Positions 18,096 through 26,782 are shown, numbered from the stretch's first letter. The stretch is 51,987 nucleotides of DNA from Deltaproteobacteria bacterium (GCA_011376105.1 DRPG01000318.1:1-51987); one strand, 5' to 3'. A program made the numbers and translations. The notes: a model not told the origin generated them from the letters alone.

Positions 18096-19424
18096 TCAGC
18101 GCACCCGGCGCGGGCGTCGCCCCAGGACGACGAGCCAGAGCAGGAGAGGCAGCCACCGGGCCGGAGGCCCGCTGCGGCAACCACAGCCCCCGGCCCGGTC
18201 CGGAGGGCCGGGGGCGTCGGGGGCGTCGGGGGCGTCGGGGGCGATCGGGCCGGTGTCGTCGGGGACGATCGAGCCGGTGTCGGTGGTGCCGGTGGGGACC
18301 CCGGGCAGGCTGCAGTCAAACAGAGCCTTGAGCCCGATCGGGATCGGGCCGATCGTAGGGTTGCTGTAGCCCTCCAGCGCGCCTGCGTCGGGTGTGGCCT
18401 CCCGGACATGGCCGCACCAGTCGGCCACTAGATCGTCGCTGGCCTCTCCACCGCTCCGCAGCAGCCCCCCCTCGGATGGGTAGAAGTCCCACGCGGCGGC
18501 GTCGGTGAAGCAGTCGGAGGGCTCAGGGCAGACCACGTTGTGGCTCGTCGCGCTGTCGGTCTGGGGCAGGGGACGATCGAGGGCGTTGCCCACGAGGGAG
18601 CGCCCAGCTCCAGCGCCGGACAGGGAGACCCCGCCCAGCAGGGTGTTGCCCAGGATCCGCACCGAGCCAGGGCCACCCACGCTCAGGGCGTCGCCCGGGG
18701 CCAGGGCGATGGTGTTTCGGATCAGAGCGGGGCCCTGAGTCAGCGCCAGGGCGTCTCCGGTGGACTCCAGCAGCAGCCCATCGATCAGCAGATCCGTGCT
18801 CCCCCCCAGCTCCACGGCGGTGTCCGTGGCTGCGGTCACGAGGGTGTCGAGGAGCTCGATGCGGCCACCCCCGCCCACGGAGATCCCCACCTGAGGCCCC
18901 ACCAGCAGGGCGTCGTCGATCACCAGCTCGCTCAGCACACAGCCGGGGCATCCCACCTCGATCGGCCGCGCCACGTCGAGGAAGCTCGAGTCGCTGATCG
19001 ACAGTAGCCCGACGTCGCCCAGCTGCCGGACCCCGACGCCCTCGCTGTCTTCCATCTCGATCCAGCGCACCCGGGCCTCCTCGATGTCGAGGATCTGGAT
19101 CGCGTCGACGCCGGCGGGCACGTCCCGGAAGGCCAGCTGGAGCACGACCAGCCGATCGCCGCTTAGCTGCAGGATGTGATCGCTGCCGGGGGAGGCCTCG
19201 ATGATCGCGAGGTCCATCGGATCGAAGGACTGGACGATCGTCTGCTCCCCGAGCTGGTCGGAGGCCTGGGCCTCGATGGTGCACGGGCCCGTGTAGGTGC
19301 CGGGCTCGAGCATCACGATGTCGCCCCCGAGGGCCGTCGAGATGACCCCGCACCAGTCCTCGCCCGGGTCGGTGATGTAGATGACTGGGGTGTGGGCCCG
19401 GGCCAGGACAGACCACCAGAGCAC
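18096..19424 (-). CDS. Secreted parallel beta-helix repeat protein with a MYXO-CTERM-like sorting tail
   Basis: Repetitive G/D/L-rich about 22-residue turns suggest a right-handed beta-helix. There is a (PDA)n linker. The C-terminus is AGGCGCRSGPPARWLPLLLWLVVLGRRPRRVR: a Gly-Cys motif, a hydrophobic helix and an Arg cluster, which is the MYXO-CTERM pattern. GTG start with GGGAGG 5 nt upstream. Confidence 0.65.
   Translation of the reverse strand: MLWWSVLARAHTPVIYITDPGEDWCGVISTALGGDIVMLEPGTYTGPCTIEAQASDQLGEQTIVQSFDPMDLAIIEASPGSDHILQLSGDRLVVLQLAFRDVPAGVDAIQILDIEEARVRWIEMEDSEGVGVRQLGDVGLLSISDSSFLDVARPIEVGCPGCVLSELVIDDALLVGPQVGISVGGGGRIELLDTLVTAATDTAVELGGSTDLLIDGLLLESTGDALALTQGPALIRNTIALAPGDALSVGGPGSVRILGNTLLGGVSLSGAGAGRSLVGNALDRPLPQTDSATSHNVVCPEPSDCFTDAAAWDFYPSEGGLLRSGGEASDDLVADWCGHVREATPDAGALEGYSNPTIGPIPIGLKALFDCSLPGVPTGTTDTGSIVPDDTGPIAPDAPDAPDAPGPPDRAGGCGCRSGPPARWLPLLLWLVVLGRRPRRVR
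18210..18245. repeat. 9-bp tandem repeat GGGGGCGTC x3 (+1 imperfect) encoding the (PDA)n linker of the beta-helix protein
   Basis: Read directly from the sequence. Confidence 0.8.
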
Positions 19425-19433
19425 GCGACCTCC

Positions 19434-20009
19434 CTAGAAACCAAACCCAAGGGTGAGCGAAGCGAACGGGACGATCGGGCCCCCGTTCCCGATGACCACA
19501 GGGGCGGCCGGGATCGCAGCGACGCCTGCGTTGAGATCTGCGGCGGCGTAGGTCCTGCCGCCGGCGTCGAGCCAGTACCTGCCCTTGATCGAGGCCGAGG
19601 CCTCCGGCCCGGCGGCCTCGATCTGCTCGCTGTCGCGCTGGGGACCAAACAAGAAGCCGGGCTGATCCGCGGTGCGCTGGACCTCAGCGAAGCCGGCGCC
19701 GAGGAGCAGGTCTGCGGTGGTGCGACCCAGGCTCACCGAGGCCGCCCTCGCCCTGGTGCGGAAGTGGGCCATGTCGGGGGCGTTGGGATCCTGGTGGAGA
19801 AAGCCCGACCCTGTGCCACACCCCTCGACGGACAGCCACGACAAGGGGCTGATCTCGGCGCAGAGGAAGGGGTGCTGGGTGTCGATCCGATCCACCCCGA
19901 CCCGCAGATCGAGCACCGCGTGCCCTGCGATGGGGCGGGGCTTGAAGGCCTGCGAGGAAGATTGGGACCACCCGGGCCGAGTGACCAGCAGCAGCAGGAG
20001 AGGCGGCAT
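19434..20009 (-). CDS. Small putative outer-membrane beta-barrel protein
   Basis: ATG at 20009 (AAAGGA upstream) gives a hydrophobic N-terminus (MPPLLLLLV...). The C-terminus ...ASLTLGFGF ends in an aromatic residue, as in an OMP beta-signal. Its stop sits inside the RBS of the downstream beta-helix gene. Confidence 0.45.
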   Translation of the reverse strand: MPPLLLLLVTRPGWSQSSSQAFKPRPIAGHAVLDLRVGVDRIDTQHPFLCAEISPLSWLSVEGCGTGSGFLHQDPNAPDMAHFRTRARAASVSLGRTTADLLLGAGFAEVQRTADQPGFLFGPQRDSEQIEAAGPEASASIKGRYWLDAGGRTYAAADLNAGVAAIPAAPVVIGNGGPIVPFASLTLGFGF

Positions 20010-20113
20010 GGTGGGTCCTTTGACGTCGATGAGGTCTTTAACCGAGTCCTCGGGTAGACTACCCTCCCTCGAGGGCAACATCGCCCGAAGACCGACCACG
20101 GGAGCTGGGAGAG

Positions 20114-22765
20114 GTGAGCGCAACGGGTCAGGAGTCCACGGCTGGGCGCAGGTTCCATATCCACTCCTGTCTCGGCAGGGGTGGCTTCGGAGAGGTGTAT
20201 CGGGCCACCATGTCGAGCTCGGGGGGGGTCCGCACCGAGGTGGCGGTCAAGATCCTCCGGGAAGACATCGATCCCGGGAGCGAGGCGGTCAAGCGGCTGC
20301 GCGATGAGGGGCGACTGCTCGGCGCCCTGCGGCATCCCGCGATCCTGAGGGTCCACGATCTGGTGCTGCTCGAGGGGCGGGTCGCCCTGATCACCGAGTT
20401 CATCGAGGGCGAAGATCTCGATCGCTGCATCGCTGCTCACCCCCCGATCCCGCTGCGGGCGGTGGTCGCGGTGGTGGGGGAGGTCGCCGCGGCGCTGGAT
20501 GCGGCCTGGAGCTCCTCCACCGACAGCGGCGATCCGATCCACCTGGTGCACCGCGACATCAAGCCAGCCAACATCCGGATCGGGCGCCACGGCGAGGTCA
20601 AGCTGCTCGACTTCGGCATCGCCCGGGCCACCAACGTGGCCCGCGAAGCCCACACCGGCAGCAACGCCATGATGGGCAGCTACCTGTACATGGCGCCCGA
20701 GCGCTTCCACAACGAGGCGGTGGAGCCCCCCTCGGATCTCTACGCCCTGGGCTGTGTGCTGTTCGAGGGCCTCGCCCGGCGGCGCTTCTTCGAGGGCATG
20801 AACCTCAAGCAGATCTACGGCACGATGATGTCGGCCCGGAAGTTCGACGCCCACCTCGAGGCACGCCTCAAGCTGCTGGGGGATGGCCCCCCCCCCGAGG
20901 TCCTCGAGCTGCTCCGGGCGCTGCTGCACCCCGAGGCGTCGGCGCGTCCCACCGCCTCCGAGGCCGCCGCACGCTGCGAAGATCTGGTCGAAGAGCTCGA
21001 GGGTACCTCGCTGAAGCGCTGGGCGCGGCGGCGGGAGTGGCCTCCGCCCCAGATGGTCCACGGCAGCCTCGATGGGCGGGATCTCGAGGCCCAGGCCTTC
21101 GTGAACCTCGAGGAGACCCGCCCCCCAACCCCGGCCCCGGTCAGCACCCTGCCCAAGCTCAGCCCCGAGTCGCTGCCGCCGATCAACGTCGTGGCCCTGA
21201 CCTCCCCCGGCGGGCATACACCGCTGGATGCTCCCCATCCCAAGCGCTTGTTCTCGTCCAGCTCCGACGCCGTGCCTGAGGGCCTCAAGATCGACGTCCC
21301 CGAGCTGGAGATCCCGGTGCTGCCCCAGTCGGTGCTCGAGGCCAGCGACGAGGCCGAGGAGGCCGAGGAGGCCGAGGAGGCCGAGGAGGCCGAGGAGCCA
21401 CTGCTCCCCGGCCTCGGAGCCCCTCAGCGGGCGCTGCCCTCCGAGCCCCCCACGTTGCCCGAGTTGCCCGAGCGCCGGCCTGACGCTGAGGCCCCTAGAG
21501 CGCTCGAGGCGACCGCGCTCCTCTACGACGAGGCGCCCCCAGTCCAGGCCCTCGCCCCCCAGGACCCCCTCCAGGGTGATCCCCTCCAGGACGGGCTCCC
21601 CCGGGACGGGCTCCCCCGGGGCCAGGGCGCCGGGCCCACGGACGCGGCGAGCCCCGAGATGTTGGCCGGCCCGCCCCAGCCTCCCCCGGAGGTGATCCCC
21701 CGGAGCGAGGTGCCCTCGCTGCCCCGCCGGGAGGTCCCGACGATCCCTCCAGCTCCACCGGCCTGGGATGGCGACGCGACCTCGACCCTCGAGCCGCTGA
21801 CGCCCCGCTCCGAGGTGCCCCCCGTGGCTCCGATCGTCCCGCTGTCCCAGCGGGAGACCATCCCTCCGGTGGTCCGCAGGGAAGACACGGGGGAGTACGA
21901 TCTCCGGGACTTCCCGACCGCAAGCCACTACTTCCCGATCGACGACGACGAGACCCCGGATCCCATCCCGGAGGTGTTCGCCAGGGCCTCACTGCCCGAT
22001 CCCGAGCTCGAGGCTGCCCTGTCGGAGCTCAGCCGCCGACGCCAGCGGCGCTCCTCGCTGGCCTGGCTCCTGGGGGGGGTGGTGGTGACCACGGTGGTCG
22101 CTGTCCCGATCCTCTGGGCCGCGGTGGGGCAGGAGGCCCTGGAGGCGCTGGCGCCCGGCCTCACCAGCGCTCGCCTCGGGGAGGGGCTGGAGGAGCTCCG
22201 GGGCACGATCCCAGCGCCCTCGCCCTCGCCCTCGCCCTCGCCCTCGCCCTCGCCCTCTCGACCCGTGGCGCCTCCGGCCCCCGGTGGAGCTGTGTCCGCC
22301 GATGCTGCACCTGGAGGCGGCGGGCCCAGCGTCCCCGCGCCAGAGGGCGGATCCTCTGAGGATGAAGCGCCGGAGCCCCCCCCGGGCGCCGGAGGTGAGG
22401 ACGCCGGGGGCGAAGGCGCTGGAGGAGAGAGCACCGGGGCTGGAGGCGAGGGCGAGACCATCGAACCCCCCGGGCCGGAGCAGGCTCCGGCCTCCGAGCC
22501 CCGCGTGAGCCTCCGGGAGCGGGGCTGGCAGGCGGTGGATCGCTCGAACCATGCAGACGCCATCGCGCTGTTCGAGGAGGCCATCGCGATCGATGGCTCC
22601 GACGCCGATGCGTGGTACGGCAAGGGCTACGCCCTGCTAGAGCTGGATCGCAAGGCTGAGGCCACCACGGCCCTGTGTCGGTCTCTGGCGTACAACGACG
22701 GCAACAAGGAGATCGAGCGCGAGGTCAACGGGATCATGGATCACCACGGCATCGACTGCCCCTGA
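20114..22765 (+). CDS. Hanks-type Ser/Thr protein kinase with long disordered linker, one TM helix and C-terminal TPR
   Basis: GRGGFGEVYRA, VAVKIL, HRDIKPANI, DFGIAR and YMAPE are all intact. The linker is E/A/P/S-rich. TM helix: LAWLLGGVVVTTVVAVPILWAAV. The C-terminal TPR-like segment is ADAWYGKGYALLELDRKAEA. Confidence 0.85.
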   Translation: MSATGQESTAGRRFHIHSCLGRGGFGEVYRATMSSSGGVRTEVAVKILREDIDPGSEAVKRLRDEGRLLGALRHPAILRVHDLVLLEGRVALITEFIEGEDLDRCIAAHPPIPLRAVVAVVGEVAAALDAAWSSSTDSGDPIHLVHRDIKPANIRIGRHGEVKLLDFGIARATNVAREAHTGSNAMMGSYLYMAPERFHNEAVEPPSDLYALGCVLFEGLARRRFFEGMNLKQIYGTMMSARKFDAHLEARLKLLGDGPPPEVLELLRALLHPEASARPTASEAAARCEDLVEELEGTSLKRWARRREWPPPQMVHGSLDGRDLEAQAFVNLEETRPPTPAPVSTLPKLSPESLPPINVVALTSPGGHTPLDAPHPKRLFSSSSDAVPEGLKIDVPELEIPVLPQSVLEASDEAEEAEEAEEAEEAEEPLLPGLGAPQRALPSEPPTLPELPERRPDAEAPRALEATALLYDEAPPVQALAPQDPLQGDPLQDGLPRDGLPRGQGAGPTDAASPEMLAGPPQPPPEVIPRSEVPSLPRREVPTIPPAPPAWDGDATSTLEPLTPRSEVPPVAPIVPLSQRETIPPVVRREDTGEYDLRDFPTASHYFPIDDDETPDPIPEVFARASLPDPELEAALSELSRRRQRRSSLAWLLGGVVVTTVVAVPILWAAVGQEALEALAPGLTSARLGEGLEELRGTIPAPSPSPSPSPSPSPSRPVAPPAPGGAVSADAAPGGGGPSVPAPEGGSSEDEAPEPPPGAGGEDAGGEGAGGESTGAGGEGETIEPPGPEQAPASEPRVSLRERGWQAVDRSNHADAIALFEEAIAIDGSDADAWYGKGYALLELDRKAEATTALCRSLAYNDGNKEIEREVNGIMDHHGIDCP
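21350..21394. repeat. 9-bp tandem repeat GAGGCCGAG x5 encoding (EAE)5 in the kinase linker
   Basis: Read directly from the sequence. Confidence 0.85.
22216..22257. repeat. Hexanucleotide repeat (GCCCTC)7 encoding (PS)n in the kinase extracytoplasmic linker
   Basis: Read directly from the sequence. It has the same unit and orientation as the intergenic array at 26701-26782. Confidence 0.85.
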
Positions 22766-22795
22766 CGATCCCTGTAGATCCGGTGGCTCGCGCGC

Positions 22796-24523
22796 TCACT
22801 TGTCGGGGGTGGAGCTCCTGCGGCGGCGCCGCGAGGTCCGGGTGGCCCCCGAGCGGGTCAAACGCTGGCGCTTGGGCACCGGCGCGCCGTCGACCTGCGC
22901 CTCGTCCGGCTCCTCCCGTGCTGTGCCCCGGGGCTCGCCCGCTGTCTGAGCGCCCCCCCGCGCTCCACGCGCAGGATCCAGGGACGGAGTCGCGGTGCCT
23001 CCAGCGCGTGGATCCAGGGCTGCCTGTGCCTCGGTGGGCTGGCTCTGGGAGCCGAGCTGATCCGCGTCTCGGGCCTCGCCGGAGGGGGCCTCGCCGGAGG
23101 GGGGCTCGCCGGAGGGGGGCTCGCCGGAGGGGGGCTCGCCGGAGGGGGCCTCACCGGGGCGGGCCTGGGCCTCGGAGCGCCTCCGGCGGCGGCGCCCCGA
23201 CTCGGACAGCCTCCCCTGCCCCGACGTGCTCGCGCGCAGCCGGTTGATCGAGTCTCGGCCTGAGCGGGCCCTTCGTTCCCTGGGTGTCTCGGGGTTGGGG
23301 GCTGCAGGGGCGGGGCTGACCTGGGGCTCGCTGGCCTGCTCCGGCTCCTCCTCTGTGGGCTCCTCTCGCCTCCGTCTCCGCCTCCGGGGGGGCTCGGCGT
23401 CGCGCCTGCGCCTGCGCCTGCGCCTGCGCCCTGGAGCGGGCTCGGTCGTGGCGGGCTCCGGGCGCCGCTCCCGGGAGACCCGGCCCCAGCGCGGCTCCTC
23501 CGGCGAGTCTCCGGGATCGGGATCCGAGGACTCGAGCAGGCTCGAGAGCTGCTCGGGGGTGTAGGCACTGGTGTCGGTGGACACCAGTCTCGCGACCCGT
23601 CGGGGCTGTTGGCGACGCTGCCCGAGGACCTCCTCGAGGAGGTCCTCCAGGGACGGGCCCTCGAGGGCGCCATCGAGCAGGGCACCGATCCCATCGACGA
23701 GGTCTCGACCCGTCAGGCGGGTGTCGGGATCGAAGGCCAGCGCGTCAGCGAACAGCTGAGCGACGGCCTCGGGGAGGCCAGAGGCGGCCACCAGTCCGGA
23801 GGCCTCCCCCGAGGTGATGCGGGCCTCGAGGGCCCTGGTGTCGTGCCCCTCGAACAGGGCGCGGCCCGTGGCGGCCTCATAGGCCAGCAGGACCAGGGCG
23901 TAGGTGTCTGAGCTCAGCTCCTCGGGCTGCCCCCCGAGGCGCTCAGGGGGAGCGTAGCGGATCGAATCAGCGTCGAGGATCAAGCTCGGATCGCGCCGTC
24001 GGGCCGCCAGCTCGGCGTGGGGCAGGCCGTAGCCGAAGATCTGGACCTGGCCGTCGGGTCGCAGGGCGATCCGCCAGGGGCTGAGGCTGCCGTGGGAGAA
24101 GCAGCCCTGCTGTGGCCCTGTCTCGGCCGCCTCCGTCAGGATCTGCCCCCCCAGCCACGCCAGCTCGAGCCCGGCCCGGAGCCCCACGACCTTGGACAGA
24201 TCGCTGTGGATCCGCAGGAGCTCCCGGAGGGTCCACGCGGGCCCGGTGGGATAGGCGAACACGCCCTGAGCCAGATCGTGGTGGGACAGCTCCACCAAGC
24301 CCACCACCATGGGGTGCTCCAGGAACGACAGGATCAGCTCGATGTCGAGCCCCAGCTCGGGTAGCCCGCGGTAGGCCTCGTCGAACACGATCGCGGTGTG
24401 CTTGAGGTTCTCCGGATCGGTGAGCTCGACCAGGTTGGCGGCCGGCTCCCTGAACTGGCGACCCGTCGGCTGCAGGCCGAAGTACTCCTCCACGCACCCT
24501 CCCAGGGCCGGCAACGATATCAT
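22796..24523 (-). CDS. Kinase-fold pseudokinase with an Arg-rich, repeat-containing disordered tail
   Basis: It is collinear with a kinase domain, but the catalytic loop reads HGSLSPWRIAL (not HRDxKxxN), the DFG position reads IFGYGL, and no VAIK lysine context was recognised. APE-like YAPPE is retained. The tail has poly-Arg runs and (GEPPS)n. ATG at 24523. Confidence 0.65.
   Translation of the reverse strand: MISLPALGGCVEEYFGLQPTGRQFREPAANLVELTDPENLKHTAIVFDEAYRGLPELGLDIELILSFLEHPMVVGLVELSHHDLAQGVFAYPTGPAWTLRELLRIHSDLSKVVGLRAGLELAWLGGQILTEAAETGPQQGCFSHGSLSPWRIALRPDGQVQIFGYGLPHAELAARRRDPSLILDADSIRYAPPERLGGQPEELSSDTYALVLLAYEAATGRALFEGHDTRALEARITSGEASGLVAASGLPEAVAQLFADALAFDPDTRLTGRDLVDGIGALLDGALEGPSLEDLLEEVLGQRRQQPRRVARLVSTDTSAYTPEQLSSLLESSDPDPGDSPEEPRWGRVSRERRPEPATTEPAPGRRRRRRRRRDAEPPRRRRRRREEPTEEEPEQASEPQVSPAPAAPNPETPRERRARSGRDSINRLRASTSGQGRLSESGRRRRRRSEAQARPGEAPSGEPPSGEPPSGEPPSGEAPSGEARDADQLGSQSQPTEAQAALDPRAGGTATPSLDPARGARGGAQTAGEPRGTAREEPDEAQVDGAPVPKRQRLTRSGATRTSRRRRRSSTPDK
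23073..23160. repeat. 15-bp tandem repeat (about 5.8 copies of GSCTCGCCGGAGGGG) encoding (GEPPS)n in the pseudokinase tail
   Basis: Read directly from the sequence. A (GCGCCT)4 run at 23402-23430 encodes one of the poly-Arg tracts. Confidence 0.8.
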
Positions 24524-24575
24524 CGCGCCAGGGCACGTCGGGTCTATCGCTCGACATGGACAGGGAGATCGGTCA

Positions 24576-25556
24576 GTGGGATCGCGACGTCGGGTGCTGG
24601 TGCTCCACACCGGAGGCACCCTCGGGATGACCGGCAGCCCGCTGGAGCCCGGCACCTTTGGAGCTCAGCTCTTCGAGGCGGTGCCCGAGCTGGAGCGGCT
24701 GGCACAGATCGAGGTCCAGATCGTCTGCAACCTCGACTCCTCGGATCTCGGCCCGGCGCACTGGGCCGAGCTAGCGATCCGGATCGCCAGCTCCTGGGGC
24801 AAGTGGGACGGCTGCGTGGTGGTGCACGGCACCGACACGATGGCGTTCACCGCCGGCGCCCTGGCGTTCGCGCTCTCGGGCCTGGATCGGCCGGTGATCC
24901 TCACCGGCGCTCAGCGCCCGCTGTCGGCGCTCCGGACCGATGCACGTCGCAACCTCGCCGACGCCGTGGAGCTCGCGACCCTCGATCTGCCCGAGGTGGG
25001 GATCTGCTTCGACGGCCTGCTGCTGCGGGGGTGCCGGGCGATCAAGTCGAACACGCGCAGCTATCGTGCGTTCAGCAGCCCGGGGGTGGAGCCCCTGGCC
25101 CTGCTGGGCACCGACATCGAGATCAAGGGGCACGTCCGCCGGGCGGTGGGGCCCTTCCGGTGTGACGCGGTGTTCGATCCCCGGATCGACGTGATCTACC
25201 TCACCCCGGGGCTGCAGGAGTCCTGGATCGCGGCCCGGCTCCAGCAGCCCGAGCTACAGGGGGTCATCCTGGTGGCGTTCGGGGCCGGCACGCTGCCCGA
25301 CAGCGGGCTGGTGTCCGAGATCGGGGCGGCGGTGGCGCGTGGGGTGGAGGTGGTGGTGGTCACTCAGTGGGGGGGCCAGACCGATCTCAGCCTGTACCGC
25401 AACAGCCGGGCGCTCCGGGACGCGGGCGTGGTGCCCGGAGGGCAGATGCGGATCAGCGCGGCGGTGCCCAAGCTGATGCACGCGCTGGCCGCCTACCCCA
25501 ACCGTGAGACACGGCGCGCCTACCTGATGCAGGACGTCGCCGGGGAGCGTGCATGA
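24576..25556 (+). CDS. ansA: L-asparaginase, type I (cytoplasmic)
   Basis: VLVLHTGGTLGM (the catalytic Thr motif), VVVHGTDTM, and the remainder is collinear with the asparaginase/glutaminase family. GTG at 24576 with GGGAGA 7 nt upstream; GTG at 24594 is an alternative. Confidence 0.85.
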   Translation: MGSRRRVLVLHTGGTLGMTGSPLEPGTFGAQLFEAVPELERLAQIEVQIVCNLDSSDLGPAHWAELAIRIASSWGKWDGCVVVHGTDTMAFTAGALAFALSGLDRPVILTGAQRPLSALRTDARRNLADAVELATLDLPEVGICFDGLLLRGCRAIKSNTRSYRAFSSPGVEPLALLGTDIEIKGHVRRAVGPFRCDAVFDPRIDVIYLTPGLQESWIAARLQQPELQGVILVAFGAGTLPDSGLVSEIGAAVARGVEVVVVTQWGGQTDLSLYRNSRALRDAGVVPGGQMRISAAVPKLMHALAAYPNRETRRAYLMQDVAGERA

Positions 25557-25999
25557 TGAGGCTTGCCGTCGCAGTGGACATCAGACACAGCGCCTCCGAT
25601 CGGGTGATCGATGCTGCGATCGTCTGGGCCACCCGGGCGGGGGCGAGCCTCGACATCCTGTACGTCGAGGCCCCCCAGTACAAGATCTCCTGGTTGTCGG
25701 ATCCAACAGCGCGGGAGCTGGTCCGGAGGGAGATCGAGCAGCACCGGGGCCGGGAGGCTTCGCAGCTCGCAGAGCTGATCAGCCGGATCCCCGAGGCCGG
25801 CCGTGGGGTGGCCCGCACGCTGCAGGGGCCGCCGGTGGAGGCCCTGGTGCAGGCCGGGGACGCCTACGATGCCTTGCTCCTCGCCACCCACGGGCGCAGC
25901 GGGATCCAACACTTCTGGCTGGGCTCGGTGGTGGAGGGGGTGGTGCGCAAGGCGAGGACCACGGTCATCGCCCTGCGGATCCCCGCGGTGCCTCAGTGA
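25553..25999 (+). CDS. Universal stress protein (UspA family)
   Basis: ...LLLATHGRSGIQHFWLGSVVEGVVRKARTTVIAL is the Usp ATP-binding-type C-terminus. The ATG overlaps the ansA stop (ATGATGA). Confidence 0.8.
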   Translation: MMRLAVAVDIRHSASDRVIDAAIVWATRAGASLDILYVEAPQYKISWLSDPTARELVRREIEQHRGREASQLAELISRIPEAGRGVARTLQGPPVEALVQAGDAYDALLLATHGRSGIQHFWLGSVVEGVVRKARTTVIALRIPAVPQ

Positions 26000-26540
26000 C
26001 CTCCGCCAGAGCTCCGAGGATCTCGTCTATCTCGGCTAGCCCTCCGATCCCCACGTCCCCGCAGGCCAGGCGCTTGTGGCTCGGGGCGACGACGCGGTAG
26101 CGCTCTAGGGCCTCGAGCCAGCCCAGGTTGCGCTGGACCACGGGGTGCTCCCACATCGCGGTGTTCATCGCGGGACACAGCAGGCAGGGCACGCCCAGGG
26201 GCAGCGCCATCCACACGGTGGTCAGCGCGTCGTCCGCCAGGCCACAGGCCAGCCGCCCCAGGGTCGAGGCCGTCAGGGGGGCGATGATCGTCGCCTCCGC
26301 CCACTTCGCCCAGGAGATGTGCTCGATGGCGCTTGCGCCGTCGGTGCCCTGCCCGGTGGTGAGGGCCTGGGTCATCACCGGGTTGCCCGACAGCGCCTCG
26401 AAGGTCAGGGGACCGACGAAGGTCGTGGCGCTCTGGGTCATCACCACCCTCACCTCGTGGTCGAGCTTGATCAGCCTCGAGGTCAGATCTGCTGCCTTGT
26501 AGGCAGCGATGCCTCCGGTGACGCCGAGCAGCACACGCAT
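25965..26540 (-). CDS. coaC: Stand-alone HFCD flavoprotein (phosphopantothenoylcysteine decarboxylase / EpiD-like)
   Basis: MRVLLGVTGGIAAYKAADLTSRL, PAMNTAMWEHP. ATG at 26540 with GGAGG 5 nt upstream. No CoaB domain is fused. The 3' end overlaps usp convergently by 35 nt. Confidence 0.75.
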   Translation of the reverse strand: MRVLLGVTGGIAAYKAADLTSRLIKLDHEVRVVMTQSATTFVGPLTFEALSGNPVMTQALTTGQGTDGASAIEHISWAKWAEATIIAPLTASTLGRLACGLADDALTTVWMALPLGVPCLLCPAMNTAMWEHPVVQRNLGWLEALERYRVVAPSHKRLACGDVGIGGLAEIDEILGALAEVTEAPRGSAGR

Positions 26541-26700
26541 GGGGGCCTCCAGGAGCGGGCGTGTGGGGTAGGTTGGGCCTCTATCGTCGCCTGAGAGAGC
26601 CATGCCCCGGGGCCCGGCTCACCGGCCCCGGAGAGCTGGGCGGAGCCTGCCCTCAAGGCCTGACCCGGGGGCCTTGTCGTGGTCGCCGTCGAGCCCCCCG

Positions 26701-26782
26701 GCCCTCGGCCCTCGCCCTCGGCCCTCGCCCTCGCCCTCGCCCTCGCCCTCGCCCTCGCCCTCGCCCTCGTCCCTCGCCCGGG
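26701..26782. repeat. Intergenic hexanucleotide microsatellite, (GCCCTC)8 perfect core at 26721-26768 with imperfect flanks
   Basis: Read directly from the sequence. It lies in the 444-bp gap between the sigma-factor stop (26985) and the coaC-like start (26540). Confidence 0.9.

Noticed and set aside
20066-20075. 10-bp palindrome CCCTCGAGGG in the divergent OMP/kinase promoter region
   Set aside because: It is a short GC-rich palindrome centred on CTCGAG, which is expected by chance in this composition. It has no second copy or flanking structure.
19733-21928. 731-aa ORF on the minus strand
   Set aside because: It is entirely antisense to the well-supported Ser/Thr kinase gene (20114-22765). 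The translation is a G/R/L/P-rich string with no motifs, which is typical of high-GC antisense open frames.
21350-23430. Tandem repeats considered as a possible CRISPR array
   Set aside because: The units are 6-18 bp, directly abutting without spacers, and in frame within coding regions, where they encode low-complexity linkers. No cas genes are present. The same reasoning applies to 18210-18245, 26701-26782 and 49014-49157.
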